From a virus, in the UHGV virus genome UHGV-1373362: a stretch of DNA of 64,000 nt. One strand, written 5' to 3'. Below the pieces are notes generated by a model, which searched no databases, had not been told where the DNA came from, and saw nothing but the letters and a program-made list of their open reading frames with translations. The translations under genes were made by a program, and so were the position numbers. Below are positions 30,730-41,234 of this stretch, in pieces; position 1 is the first letter of the stretch; each line of letters begins with the position of its first letter.

Positions 30730-33700
30730 CTATTGAGAATGATAAGAATTCACTATCCTAGACAGATCTCTGACTTTTCTAGTGAGTTTAGCTATCCTAA
30801 GTTCTAATTTGTTTAGTTTTTTAGTTCTAGCCTCAATCAGGTTACGAAGTTCTTTGTATCCATTTATTGCCACCACAGCTCCCAACGCACCGTAGTCTAC
30901 AGTATAGTAGTGCTGGCAATATTTGTTCTCTAGGCATTGATTTAATTCTGTTAACTCTGGAAATGCATAACGAACTTCGTTGGCACTAACCCCTAGCCTT
31001 ACACCATTTTCTTCTTCACCTTTTTTAGTGTAATAGAAGGGAGTTATATGTTTTAGTTTTTCCCACATATTACATGATAAAGAAGAGATCCTATTTTTCA
31101 ATCTAATATCAGATGTAACCTGAGATCCCCCAGCATATAGAGATGCAGCATAGAATCTATTATTAGTCTCTACACAAGCAACACTCCTACTAGTACTATA
31201 TCCTAACCATAGTCTACCAGTACCTCTTTTAATGTCTCCAGCTATTTGAATAGCCCCATTAGCGGCCTGCCAGTTAGTATTAATTGCAAAGCCCCCGTTA
31301 TTACTTGTGGTTGTAGAAAACGTCATTTTAGTATAGTTACTGCCTCCAAACCTTCTAGCTATTTCAAAACTTGCAGAAGAGACCCTATCATCCTTTACTC
31401 CTGTACAGTTAGAGATCCCACCATCCATACTAATAGTAGTAACTCCAGTCAAGGCCCCAGAAACATTACCAGTCCCATTAAAACTTTGGCCCCATATGGA
31501 TCTAGAAGTGGTTAAACCTGCTGCCCTATATGCATATAGGCTACCAATTGTTCTATTCTGTCCAGCAACAGTAATACTAAGGTTGGTAGATGAATTAGAG
31601 GATAATGCAGAAAATACTGAGCTGGCTGTGCATTGTGTGATAGTTCCACCATTCATGTATACAGGAACGGTTGAAGAGCCTACAGTAGATGAACATGCAG
31701 TTGGGGTTCCGCTATTTAAATAGATAGGTTTACTAGTTCCACCTATAGTGGATGTTCCTATTTTAGAAGCAGATGCTACAGTAACATCTAGTTTCTGGCG
31801 ACTTTGTAAAGATGTATTTACACCATTAACCACAGTTGGTGCTGATTTTAGTGAGAATGTTCTATTAGCTGAGTCAGTAAATGCAGATGTATGTACAGTA
31901 GCAGATAGGTTAAGTCCTCCGTTAGAAAATATTCGATAAACAGCACTACCACCTCTTAGCCAAACTACTAAACCTTGTGTAGATGTATCTAAGCCATTAA
32001 CCATTTGACAGTATGTTTCTTTAAACATGATTACATTGGCATAACCATCACCACCTCCACCATTACCATCCCAATATCTTGACTCATTCCATAATATACA
32101 TAGAGTTAATCCACCCTTATGTGTAGAAGTATTCCATGAATCTGGAGCTGTATCGTTATACCCTCTAGTAATATTAAGTAGTGTTGCAGGATAATGTTCA
32201 GTTGCACCCGTAATAACTACAGGGTACCAAGTAGTTGCATTACCTCCAACAGTTATACTAATATAATTGTGCTTACCCTGACATCTTCTATAATAATCTC
32301 CCTGTTGTCCATCTAATAGGTCAGCATTTAGATTATTACATAATGTAGTTGATGTTACTTCAATTGGTTTTGTTCCTGTGGCAACAGTTGATATAAACCT
32401 ATTATTAGTTTTTATAGCTTTGTCAGCATACCAGTATCCATCATTATGAGCATACCACCTAGCGTCTTTAGCAGAGTTATATAAACCTGTCCCAACAGTG
32501 TTATTCTGGAACCATCCCTTTTCTGAGTATATATAACCAGTATGCGCTACTATTTTACTTTGTACATATAGACTACCTTCTTTTAAGTATAAGTAACAAT
32601 CAGCAGTACCAGTATTATCAGCTCCTTTTTCTATTATTAAACCGTACCCAGCTTTAACCCCGTCAAACCACTCATGTCTAATTCTCACATTTTGTTTGTC
32701 AGTTGAGTCAAATTGGAGATATGACCCTGAACCTTGTACATTATTGGTAGGAGTCATTCTTATGTATGGGGTTGCCATATTAAATTTGAGTGCACCTGTC
32801 ATAGTATCTCCGGCAGTATTAACATATCTACTATCAAGTAACGTGGTATAGTTACCAGTAGTAACAACCTGTACCCATCCATAGTATTGTGAAACTCCAG
32901 ACCACCCTGTTCTAATATACATTGAGCCTGATGCATTATGTGGTAAATACATTTGGGATAGAGTACCCCCAGCGTTGAATGTTAAAAGTTGACCATAATT
33001 ATATGCACCACTAGGCCCATTACTTATTGTGGCCTTGCTGATCCTTAAGTTTCCAGTAGATGTAACAGAATTCCAATCGGAAGCATTACTGTTATGTTCT
33101 CCTGCATACCTGAAATAATTAGATAGAGCTGAATGTCCTCCTCCACCTAGTAACATATAACTATCAGAAGAACCACTCTTCACATATCCATCTGAGGTCC
33201 AGAACCCATTGCTAGCATTCCAATATGTTTGCTTATTAAGACTGTTAGTTCCAGCTGTTATTTGAGCTGTAGTAGCGTATCCTAAGTACACGTTATTATT
33301 ACTACTGGGATATGTAGACATAACTACCCTTCCATCCTTGACAGCAGCACACCATATACCACCATAACCCGTATTATTTACAGTCAATGCAGAATTAGTA
33401 ACTGAATTAATCCAACTACTTGAGTTAAATGAGGACGTAAATTTACCAGCTGTATTAAAATTAGCAGCTGACGCATTTCCTGATATAGATACATTCCCAG
33501 GGAAGGAGGAATGACCACTAGCATCTAATAATGTTAGAGTCCTCTTTATAGTAGTAAAGGTTCCTGTATATTGTCTAACATATACTGGTTCATTACCATC
33601 ATCAGCAGATGCAAGTTCAATCCATCCAGCATTGGTAGCAGTAGCCCCCACAGCTATTCTACCATAATCATTGGAACCACATTGCATTCTTACTTGTCTT

Positions 33701-36342
33701 GTTCCTGTATCACTAGACTGAGTAAGAAACAAATCTCCTCCAAATAAACCATTACCAATCACTTGAAGTTTATCAGTAGGAGATCCAGTACCTATACCAA
33801 CTCTACCAGTACTGTCGATAGTCATTCTTTCAGTAGCTCCCGTACTAGTTCTAAATACAAGACTATTACCAGAGATATATGTAGCACCCCCCTTAAGAGC
33901 ATTACCTGAACCAATGACTAAACTATTACTAGTATTAGTATAGAATAATTCCATATTAGTACCATCAGTGTGCTTACCTGTTATTTTCTGAGAGTTGTTC
34001 ATGACAATACTACCACTCATAGTAATGGATCCTACACCTGTCATATTACCACTGACATTAGCAGTTCCATCAAATGGTCTTCCCCAAAGGTTTCTGGAGG
34101 TTTGGAGTTTGGTAGCAGAATTTACGTTACCATCAGTAAATACCACCTCATGCCATTTACCCCACGTGTTTACATTATTGACATTACCATTAGAACGGAA
34201 ATAGAGTTTTCTTGTGACATCTGTAGTGCTATTATGGTTTATATCCCACGCAAACATACCATTTAACAAGCTTTTTTCGTTTGGCCTAAAACGAATGATT
34301 GAACCATATGTAAAACCAGAAGGCATATTAAGCCATTCATTATAGCTTGAATAGTTATACATCATGCCACCATCTGTGATATTATCTGGATTGTATTTCC
34401 CTTCTGAATTTGGGCTGTAATTTTCAAATCCAAGGGTTCTTAATCTGATTGAATCCCTTTGCCATCCGTCTAGCAAATCAGCATCAAGCCCAGAACCACT
34501 ACCATCATTCCCAGCGTGCCATATTTTATTACTATTTATAGTTACACTGTCTTTATCACATCTAATATCTAATGACGTTAATGTATCACCATTAAAAGAG
34601 GATATAACACCCTTTTTTACTTCTTTACCTAGCTGTAAATAACCTACCTTGCTATTGTTTATAACAAGTCTTACTCCATCCTGAACTATTAGAGGACCTG
34701 TCATTGTATCCCCAGACTTCTTTACGTATGCACCTCCAAGATATGTACCGAAATTATCCTTATCAAGTACTGGAACCCATTCACTTACTTTTCCTGCTAC
34801 ATTTCTTCTATGCCATAATCCAGCTGTACCGGTAAATGACTGTGCTAACTCTGTATAATAACCAGTTGAGTTATCATGTAATATTTTGACCCTATTAAAC
34901 CAAGAACCTGATATTGGTACATCCGTAGTACCTTGAAGTATTCCTCCATAGGTTCCATATGTAGCATTTGACAATCCAGATGGGTTTAGAGCTATCTGTA
35001 ATGCAGGGCCTCCTGGAGTTGTAGCTCCTGCATAGTTATGAGTATGATCCCCAGTAGAAACTACTTTACCATCGCTATATAATTTATTATCTGTACCTAC
35101 ATATACTTTAGAATTAGTATAGGTCTGTGGATTATCAGTTTGAGCCAGTGATCCAGTTAAGAATAGTTTAGTAGCTAACTTTTCAGTAGCACCTGTAGTT
35201 GTTTTTGTATCTTGGGAAGTTATAGTTATCTCATTCTCATTCTTAGAGAACGTAACGTTAGTTCCAGCTTTAAGAGATTTATTAGGAGAAGTAGTTGGCT
35301 TATAAGTATCAACTACAGTCGTTCCCTGTTTAAAGATTAGGTCATAGAAATTATAGGTCGTGTCCTTACTACTAATTGTTACCTTTTTATTAGTAATATC
35401 AGGAGTTAGAGTTACATTAGTTCCTTGGACTAGAGTAAATGAATTATTAGCTGAGTTAGGATCAAATGTAATAACTTTAGTTACTGTTCCATCTATTTGA
35501 GTCTGCAAGTCTAGGTTATAGATTGGTTGGTGATCAGTTAAAACTTCTTTGCCTCCACTATATAGCCTATTATTGGAGCCTATATACACATACTGGTTAC
35601 TGTAAGTTTGAGGTGCAGCAGTCTGAGTTTGAGCGCCAATCAGGAACATTTTGGTGTCTACCTTATTAAGAGCACCAGCTGTATTTACTGTATCCTCTCC
35701 CTTCTCAGCAGATATTGTAACATTTCCTGCATCGGTAGTAAAATAAACATTGTCTCCCTCTACCAGATTTACCTCTTGTCTTGATGACCCATCAAATTCT
35801 GATATCGGATTAGACTTAACAGAGAATACAAAAGGATTTACTACTTTCTCAGCAGCAACGGCGGTTGCATCAGCTGGTAAGTAATCTACATTACTAAATG
35901 CATTCTTACCTAATGTTTTAAGCATCCATCCATTAGCTGTTCCGGATGATAATATAGCTTGATTGGCTACTTCAGTACTACCTGTTAGAGTAGTATAAGG
36001 TTGAGTATGTCCATGTAAAGATAGAATCTTAGTCACTCCTCCAATAGATAAACTAACTTTGTTTTCATCAGCATTGGAGAACAATCCTCCAAATAGTTTA
36101 CCATGACTCCATATTTCAGCAGTATTTTCTATATATACTGTTGAAGACCATAATATATCTGCATTAGTATCTGATGGACCACTTGGAAGCTTAAGTGTAT
36201 TAAATATTTCCCTAGTCTCACAGACAATATTTTTAGTTTTAATCAACATATTATATAATAACAAAGTTAATAAATAGGAGGAACCACTCCTCCCAATTAT
36301 CTCGAATATGTAATGTTTCCTAAAGCATCCACATATGCCCAA
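30730..36342 (-). CDS. Tail fibre or spike protein, 1870 aa, with a C-terminal Peptidase_S74 intramolecular-chaperone domain that is predicted to self-cleave.
   Basis: The C-terminal 126 aa read TS|DIRLKNRISSL...GVSANEVRYAFPELTE...VDYGALGAVVAINGYKELRN...LELRIAKL. This matches the SDxRLKxNI start and the downstream motifs of the endosialidase or L-shaped tail-fibre chaperone domain. The upstream body is Ser/Thr/Gly/Asn-rich and beta-rich. The ORF track start at 36342 overlaps the upstream gene by 46 nt. The ATG at 36249 (residues MLIKTK) removes that overlap and is the more likely start. Confidence 0.8.
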   Translation of the reverse strand: MGICGCFRKHYIFEIIGRSGSSYLLTLLLYNMLIKTKNIVCETREIFNTLKLPSGPSDTNADILWSSTVYIENTAEIWSHGKLFGGLFSNADENKVSLSIGGVTKILSLHGHTQPYTTLTGSTEVANQAILSSGTANGWMLKTLGKNAFSNVDYLPADATAVAAEKVVNPFVFSVKSNPISEFDGSSRQEVNLVEGDNVYFTTDAGNVTISAEKGEDTVNTAGALNKVDTKMFLIGAQTQTAAPQTYSNQYVYIGSNNRLYSGGKEVLTDHQPIYNLDLQTQIDGTVTKVITFDPNSANNSFTLVQGTNVTLTPDITNKKVTISSKDTTYNFYDLIFKQGTTVVDTYKPTTSPNKSLKAGTNVTFSKNENEITITSQDTKTTTGATEKLATKLFLTGSLAQTDNPQTYTNSKVYVGTDNKLYSDGKVVSTGDHTHNYAGATTPGGPALQIALNPSGLSNATYGTYGGILQGTTDVPISGSWFNRVKILHDNSTGYYTELAQSFTGTAGLWHRRNVAGKVSEWVPVLDKDNFGTYLGGAYVKKSGDTMTGPLIVQDGVRLVINNSKVGYLQLGKEVKKGVISSFNGDTLTSLDIRCDKDSVTINSNKIWHAGNDGSGSGLDADLLDGWQRDSIRLRTLGFENYSPNSEGKYNPDNITDGGMMYNYSSYNEWLNMPSGFTYGSIIRFRPNEKSLLNGMFAWDINHNSTTDVTRKLYFRSNGNVNNVNTWGKWHEVVFTDGNVNSATKLQTSRNLWGRPFDGTANVSGNMTGVGSITMSGSIVMNNSQKITGKHTDGTNMELFYTNTSNSLVIGSGNALKGGATYISGNSLVFRTSTGATERMTIDSTGRVGIGTGSPTDKLQVIGNGLFGGDLFLTQSSDTGTRQVRMQCGSNDYGRIAVGATATNAGWIELASADDGNEPVYVRQYTGTFTTIKRTLTLLDASGHSSFPGNVSISGNASAANFNTAGKFTSSFNSSSWINSVTNSALTVNNTGYGGIWCAAVKDGRVVMSTYPSSNNNVYLGYATTAQITAGTNSLNKQTYWNASNGFWTSDGYVKSGSSDSYMLLGGGGHSALSNYFRYAGEHNSNASDWNSVTSTGNLRISKATISNGPSGAYNYGQLLTFNAGGTLSQMYLPHNASGSMYIRTGWSGVSQYYGWVQVVTTGNYTTLLDSRYVNTAGDTMTGALKFNMATPYIRMTPTNNVQGSGSYLQFDSTDKQNVRIRHEWFDGVKAGYGLIIEKGADNTGTADCYLYLKEGSLYVQSKIVAHTGYIYSEKGWFQNNTVGTGLYNSAKDARWYAHNDGYWYADKAIKTNNRFISTVATGTKPIEVTSTTLCNNLNADLLDGQQGDYYRRCQGKHNYISITVGGNATTWYPVVITGATEHYPATLLNITRGYNDTAPDSWNTSTHKGGLTLCILWNESRYWDGNGGGGDGYANVIMFKETYCQMVNGLDTSTQGLVVWLRGGSAVYRIFSNGGLNLSATVHTSAFTDSANRTFSLKSAPTVVNGVNTSLQSRQKLDVTVASASKIGTSTIGGTSKPIYLNSGTPTACSSTVGSSTVPVYMNGGTITQCTASSVFSALSSNSSTNLSITVAGQNRTIGSLYAYRAAGLTTSRSIWGQSFNGTGNVSGALTGVTTISMDGGISNCTGVKDDRVSSASFEIARRFGGSNYTKMTFSTTTSNNGGFAINTNWQAANGAIQIAGDIKRGTGRLWLGYSTSRSVACVETNNRFYAASLYAGGSQVTSDIRLKNRISSLSCNMWEKLKHITPFYYTKKGEEENGVRLGVSANEVRYAFPELTELNQCLENKYCQHYYTVDYGALGAVVAINGYKELRNLIEARTKKLNKLELRIAKLTRKVRDLSRIVNSYHSQ

Positions 36343-38012
36343 CCTTCAACTAGTTCTCCATCTATCCATAAGAAGTCACTTGAAAACTTTAAATCTGTAA
36401 GTTCTCCGATGTTTTGGGCAGAGGTAGATTCAGTAGTGTAAGCTAATACAGGTCTCCAGGTATTATCAGAAATGGGGGTGAATGTCATTATCTTATCAGT
36501 TGAATCCCAAGTAATCCTTAGATTACCAGCTGCTTTAAATGTTAAAGCCCCAGAATCAGTTGACTCAGATAATGCATCCTTAATACTATCACCACTATCA
36601 ATATATTTAATAGGACGCCATGTTTGAGTTCCGGGAGTAATCCACGATGGTATTCCACCGCTATTAATAGTAAGTACCTGACCTGGATTACCATTAGCCA
36701 ATCCAGTTATAAGTTTACCTGTGGTATTACTAAATATGGCCAATTGCCCCACAACTGATGAAGATGGCCCACTTACGACTCCAGTAGTATTAGTTTGAAC
36801 ATATGTCCAATTCTTCTTAACTTCTTGCCAATTAGTTGATGTACTACCTACTGTAGCTGTCTTACATATTAGTAGGTCTCCTACTTCTACAGGCTCTCCA
36901 TTAATATACCCAACACTATCTTTGTAAGTACCTGCACCAAATGTAACTACATATGTATTACCTACCTCAGCAATAGGAGTTGTTGCTCCAGGACTAGTAG
37001 TACCAGCTACAATAGCCCCCCTAAACAACATGGCATTATTAGCTCCTAGCAATCCATCAGCATAGGATTTGGCTGTTTCTATAGCATTCCATACCATTAG
37101 TGGAGAAGCAGCTGTTGCAACAACATTTACATTGTTAACATTCTCATTAGTACTAGATGGATCAGGTTTGATATTTAAAACATCTTGTAGTTTTACATGT
37201 CCATATAACATAGTAGACGCACCACCATATTCAGGTTTTGCTGATAAGTGAATCTTAGGGGTTGCCTCACCTTCTACATCACCTTTTAGTTTACCTACCA
37301 GATAACCATCAGTAACGGTCAAGTCTGCATGATTAACATTAACTGGGCCATTAGATACCATACCTCCAGTAACAGTAAGTCTTTTCAGAGCATCATTAAA
37401 TGTTAGTCCATTAGCTTTCCTAACCTGAGATGTATCAACTGTATTACTAGCTTCGTTATATGATAGTAAAACATTTCTCTCACCCAATGATGAGGATGGA
37501 GCTAGCTGCTCTACATAATCCCTAATTTCTACATTCTTATTCTCTACTGACGTTATATGACCTGTAGAATTAACAGTAATATAGGGAACTATGAATACAC
37601 TAGCATTACCTAAAGTAGTAGATTGTCCATATGATCCAGTATTAACCCCACTAGTCATATGGTAAAGTTTTCTTTCAGAGACGTTCCACTCTAGGGGATC
37701 CTCTGTATCTACTCTATTTAAGGCATTACTATTGAATATAATTCTATTGCCATCCCCCTTTCTAACACTAATACTGTCCCCAGTAGTAGACATCAGAAAA
37801 TATGAATTACCTATCTCTACTTTTACTGAACCTCCTACTTCTGAAACTTGGATGCCGGGGTATCCTATGCTAAAGTATGTACCACATATCCACATTTCTC
37901 TAGTATCTTCAAAGAATACTAAAGGATCCAATCCTTTAGGAATAGTTGGAATAAGTGGTTCAAATGCTTCCTTTCTTTTAAAATATACTATCTTACTAGT
38001 TATCTCCATCAT
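36297..38012 (-). CDS. Tail-associated protein, 571 aa.
   Basis: An ORF in the fibre gene cluster. Confidence 0.6.
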   Translation of the reverse strand: MMEITSKIVYFKRKEAFEPLIPTIPKGLDPLVFFEDTREMWICGTYFSIGYPGIQVSEVGGSVKVEIGNSYFLMSTTGDSISVRKGDGNRIIFNSNALNRVDTEDPLEWNVSERKLYHMTSGVNTGSYGQSTTLGNASVFIVPYITVNSTGHITSVENKNVEIRDYVEQLAPSSSLGERNVLLSYNEASNTVDTSQVRKANGLTFNDALKRLTVTGGMVSNGPVNVNHADLTVTDGYLVGKLKGDVEGEATPKIHLSAKPEYGGASTMLYGHVKLQDVLNIKPDPSSTNENVNNVNVVATAASPLMVWNAIETAKSYADGLLGANNAMLFRGAIVAGTTSPGATTPIAEVGNTYVVTFGAGTYKDSVGYINGEPVEVGDLLICKTATVGSTSTNWQEVKKNWTYVQTNTTGVVSGPSSSVVGQLAIFSNTTGKLITGLANGNPGQVLTINSGGIPSWITPGTQTWRPIKYIDSGDSIKDALSESTDSGALTFKAAGNLRITWDSTDKIMTFTPISDNTWRPVLAYTTESTSAQNIGELTDLKFSSDFLWIDGELVEGWAYVDALGNITYSR

Positions 38013-38389
38013 TCAAATATTTGAGTAGTTAGTAACTTATCCAACTTCAGAGCTGTATTAGCTACAGTATCGCTATTGTTAACAAAATTACCATTAGTAG
38101 CTATTAGTAAATCAGTTCCATCCAGTACTGGATTATCTTTAATGGGTTTTTTATTAACGGTTTTATTACCAAACTCGTTAATTTGTCTTTGCATGTCATC
38201 TAAAGCTTCTTGAAATTTATCAATAGCTTCAATGATTTCTTTATTATCCAAAAACACTACCCATTTACTGCCGTCATACAACAACATCTTACTGTTGTCC
38301 TTAATCCATATATGATAAATAGTTGGAGGAGTCATATCACCCCTCCAAAAATTTACCTGTTTATTGTTTACCATTATTGCGTTTGCCAT
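38009..38389 (-). CDS. Hypothetical protein, 126 aa.
   Basis: An ORF with a 4-nt overlap. Confidence 0.5.
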   Translation of the reverse strand: MANAIMVNNKQVNFWRGDMTPPTIYHIWIKDNSKMLLYDGSKWVVFLDNKEIIEAIDKFQEALDDMQRQINEFGNKTVNKKPIKDNPVLDGTDLLIATNGNFVNNSDTVANTALKLDKLLTTQIFE

Positions 38390-38390
38390 A

Positions 38391-41231
38391 TTACACTTCT
38401 AATAATATTGGACTTTGTGCAGATAGTTGATTAACTAGAGTCTCTAGTGCCTCAATCCTTTCCATCAATATTTTACCTTGGGTTGCTGATAAACTATATG
38501 AAGGATTTGTTGAGTTGGTATCGTTAACTACATGAGTTATTATAGCTGTATCCATCATACATACTGCTTCTTCTACATTGTAGTTTATGTTTATAATTAA
38601 CTCTCTATCTATAGAATATCTAAACTGTATAGTCAAAGCATTAACGCCTATTACTTTATTATAAGATACTAAAGATATATCATCCGTTTCTAATATTATA
38701 ATGTGTGCATCGAGAATTTTATTTACATATTCGAGAGCTAATTCAAATGATCCAAAGTAGGTAACTAAATTAGATGTAATATATAAACTATTGGGAATTA
38801 ATACACTTCTAGTTTCTAATAGTTCAATCCTTGATTTTATGTCTGCATCATTGTAATTAGTAAGTCCTTTTAATTTATCCCTATCTTCATTAGTAAAGTC
38901 ATTAGTACTTAGACCCTTACCGTTCTCTTTATCAACTTTACCACTAATATCAGGAATTTCAGTCTTTAGAGCGTAACCACTTAAATCAACTACGGGTAGT
39001 TCTTCAATTTTCTGATTAACATATTCTTCAGTAGCCAATCCACTAATATCTGGTATCGTCGGAAGGTTAGTTAAATCATTATAGTCACCAGAAAACAATT
39101 CAGATTTATTTGCTTTACTAGCTAGTTCTGTATTTACTTGTTCTACAGTACTGTCTAAGTTATTAATGTCTTGGTCAAGTTCATTTAGCTTATCACCAAC
39201 TCCTTTGAATGTATTATAGTTAGGATCTGATCCCTGAGTTAATGCTCCAAGCTGGGAATCAGTATATGAATAAGCATTGGACAATGCTTCAGCTGCACTA
39301 CCCTTTGATTCAGCCCCCAACTCATCTAATGTATATGTAGGTTTATTGGGTTCTTTAGCCCATGCAGGCACAGTTGGGTCTGTCTCGGTGAATGATGTTA
39401 AATATCCCTTACTTTCTAATTGTTCCTCCGTTACTAGACCCCCAGGGAGTGTAGTAAGAAATCCAGAGTCATTCTCTAGTTGTGATGTTCTAACTGGAAT
39501 TTCAGACTTGTCAGCTTTACCACTGATATCAGGAATTTCAGACTTATTGGCTTTTTTATCCACCTCAGTCTCTAAATCAGATATTAGCTGTCTAACTTGA
39601 GTATCACTATAATTAAATAATCCACTTAATTTAGCCTTTTCCTCTACAGTAAAGCTCTGTTCAGAGAGTCCCATTCCAGATACTTTATCAACCTTATTGT
39701 TCCACCTAGTTATGTCACTTTGATTTATAGTTTTAGCCGCGCTAGCTGTAAACTGAGGTTCAACCTCTTCAGTTAAGTACCCCTTAGCATCTAATTCCTT
39801 CTCTGTAATGTATTCAGCTGGGATACTAGTCAAATACCCTATATCATCATGTAGTTGTGATATTTCAGTAGGTATTTCAGACTTATCGGCTTTTCCACTA
39901 ATGTCTGGAATCATTTTATTTACCTCGGCCTTGGTATAATAGTTAGATAAATTGATTTCTCCAGCTTGAATAGCTTCTAACTTCCTATCAATCGTAGCTT
40001 TATCATACGTATCATACTTATCTGCCTTAGTAGTTAGTAACTCCTTAATAGTAGTTGTATCAAGTATATTGGAGTCAAAGTTTCCTAAATTTACTACTTC
40101 TATTGTAGTCTCTCCTAATCCTGGGTTTGCACTTTTAAATATATAGTAGACATCACCAAACAATTCCTGAGTACCTAGTAATCGGAATCCTCCTATAATG
40201 CTATTTACAGATAATACAGCGTTATACCCATTAGGAATTAATACATATATATAATCCTTGGCTCCGGCATCAACAGTAAATGCATTATCGGTGGTCTTAC
40301 TTAACTGAGTATAATCGGGAGAAATTCCATAGAATGTGGGATACTTAATATCAAACGTAAGTACTTTTGATCCTGTATTTTCTCCATATTTACATTTAAG
40401 AGTAATTATCATTGAAGTAGTCATTCCGTGGTAGGTATATTGCCTAATCTTTGGATCTAATGATACTCCATTGATAGATTGCTCTTCTACATCTTTATAA
40501 TACTCCCACATTACCTTTACATCAGTTGGATCATCACCATAGCACATATACTCAGGATCGAGTAGCATGGATTTGATATTATCATCAACAGACGCAGCTT
40601 CTATCCTGGCATTTACCCATTCAGTAGATGCAATTCTATTAGAATTGTCTGATATAAGTGGCAAAGTTGTGGTTGGAAGACCAGTGAAGTTGGGAGAAAA
40701 TATATCAGCTTTATTTTTAAATCTAACTTCTATCTCACATGCCCATTGAGCAAGTTTAAGGTTAATTTCATCAATAACCTTATTAATATCAAAGGCTATC
40801 GAATCAATTACAAAGGTATATAAATCTTTCTGATTAGACAAGTTACCCTTGATGTTTCCCCACTTTAAGGCATATTCATCTGCTATACCAAGATTAATTC
40901 TGGCTATGGCCCTCTGATACTCATCTGTTAGTTCAGAAAATAAGTTATCCTTTTGGAATCCATGATCACCAGACGCACACCCATAGTACCTGGAAACATC
41001 GCAGTCATCCTTAATACAGATGTGTTCTACTTCCTCACTTTCCACTAATGCACCACCTACCTTATCAATTTCTACAACACCATAGGTAGCACAAATACCA
41101 TCCACCTCAGTATCCTCTATAACTCCATCAATAATCTTAGTATCAGGAGTTATATTAGAAATTGAGTGTGGGTGGTTAGGCATAATAGGAAGATCTTGTT
41201 CTCTTTCATCAAGACTTACAAACTCCGTCAT
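38391..41231 (-). CDS. Tail fibre-like protein, 946 aa, with internal repeats.
   Basis: It contains three or more copies of an IPDISGK(A/V)DKSEIP repeat and two copies of a roughly 30-aa KVDKxxGxGLSxxxFTxEx(K/R)xKLxGL motif. The same motif occurs in the DGR target protein. Confidence 0.7.
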   Translation of the reverse strand: MTEFVSLDEREQDLPIMPNHPHSISNITPDTKIIDGVIEDTEVDGICATYGVVEIDKVGGALVESEEVEHICIKDDCDVSRYYGCASGDHGFQKDNLFSELTDEYQRAIARINLGIADEYALKWGNIKGNLSNQKDLYTFVIDSIAFDINKVIDEINLKLAQWACEIEVRFKNKADIFSPNFTGLPTTTLPLISDNSNRIASTEWVNARIEAASVDDNIKSMLLDPEYMCYGDDPTDVKVMWEYYKDVEEQSINGVSLDPKIRQYTYHGMTTSMIITLKCKYGENTGSKVLTFDIKYPTFYGISPDYTQLSKTTDNAFTVDAGAKDYIYVLIPNGYNAVLSVNSIIGGFRLLGTQELFGDVYYIFKSANPGLGETTIEVVNLGNFDSNILDTTTIKELLTTKADKYDTYDKATIDRKLEAIQAGEINLSNYYTKAEVNKMIPDISGKADKSEIPTEISQLHDDIGYLTSIPAEYITEKELDAKGYLTEEVEPQFTASAAKTINQSDITRWNNKVDKVSGMGLSEQSFTVEEKAKLSGLFNYSDTQVRQLISDLETEVDKKANKSEIPDISGKADKSEIPVRTSQLENDSGFLTTLPGGLVTEEQLESKGYLTSFTETDPTVPAWAKEPNKPTYTLDELGAESKGSAAEALSNAYSYTDSQLGALTQGSDPNYNTFKGVGDKLNELDQDINNLDSTVEQVNTELASKANKSELFSGDYNDLTNLPTIPDISGLATEEYVNQKIEELPVVDLSGYALKTEIPDISGKVDKENGKGLSTNDFTNEDRDKLKGLTNYNDADIKSRIELLETRSVLIPNSLYITSNLVTYFGSFELALEYVNKILDAHIIILETDDISLVSYNKVIGVNALTIQFRYSIDRELIININYNVEEAVCMMDTAIITHVVNDTNSTNPSYSLSATQGKILMERIEALETLVNQLSAQSPILLEV
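39496..39561 (-). repeat. Intragenic tandem direct repeat of two 33-bp units, with a third diverged copy at about 39868-39905.
   Basis: ggaatttcagacttgtcagctttaccactgatatca is followed directly by ggaatttcagacttattggcttttttatccacctca. Each unit encodes the DISGKADKSEIP repeat. Confidence 0.6.
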
Positions 41232-41234
41232 GTT

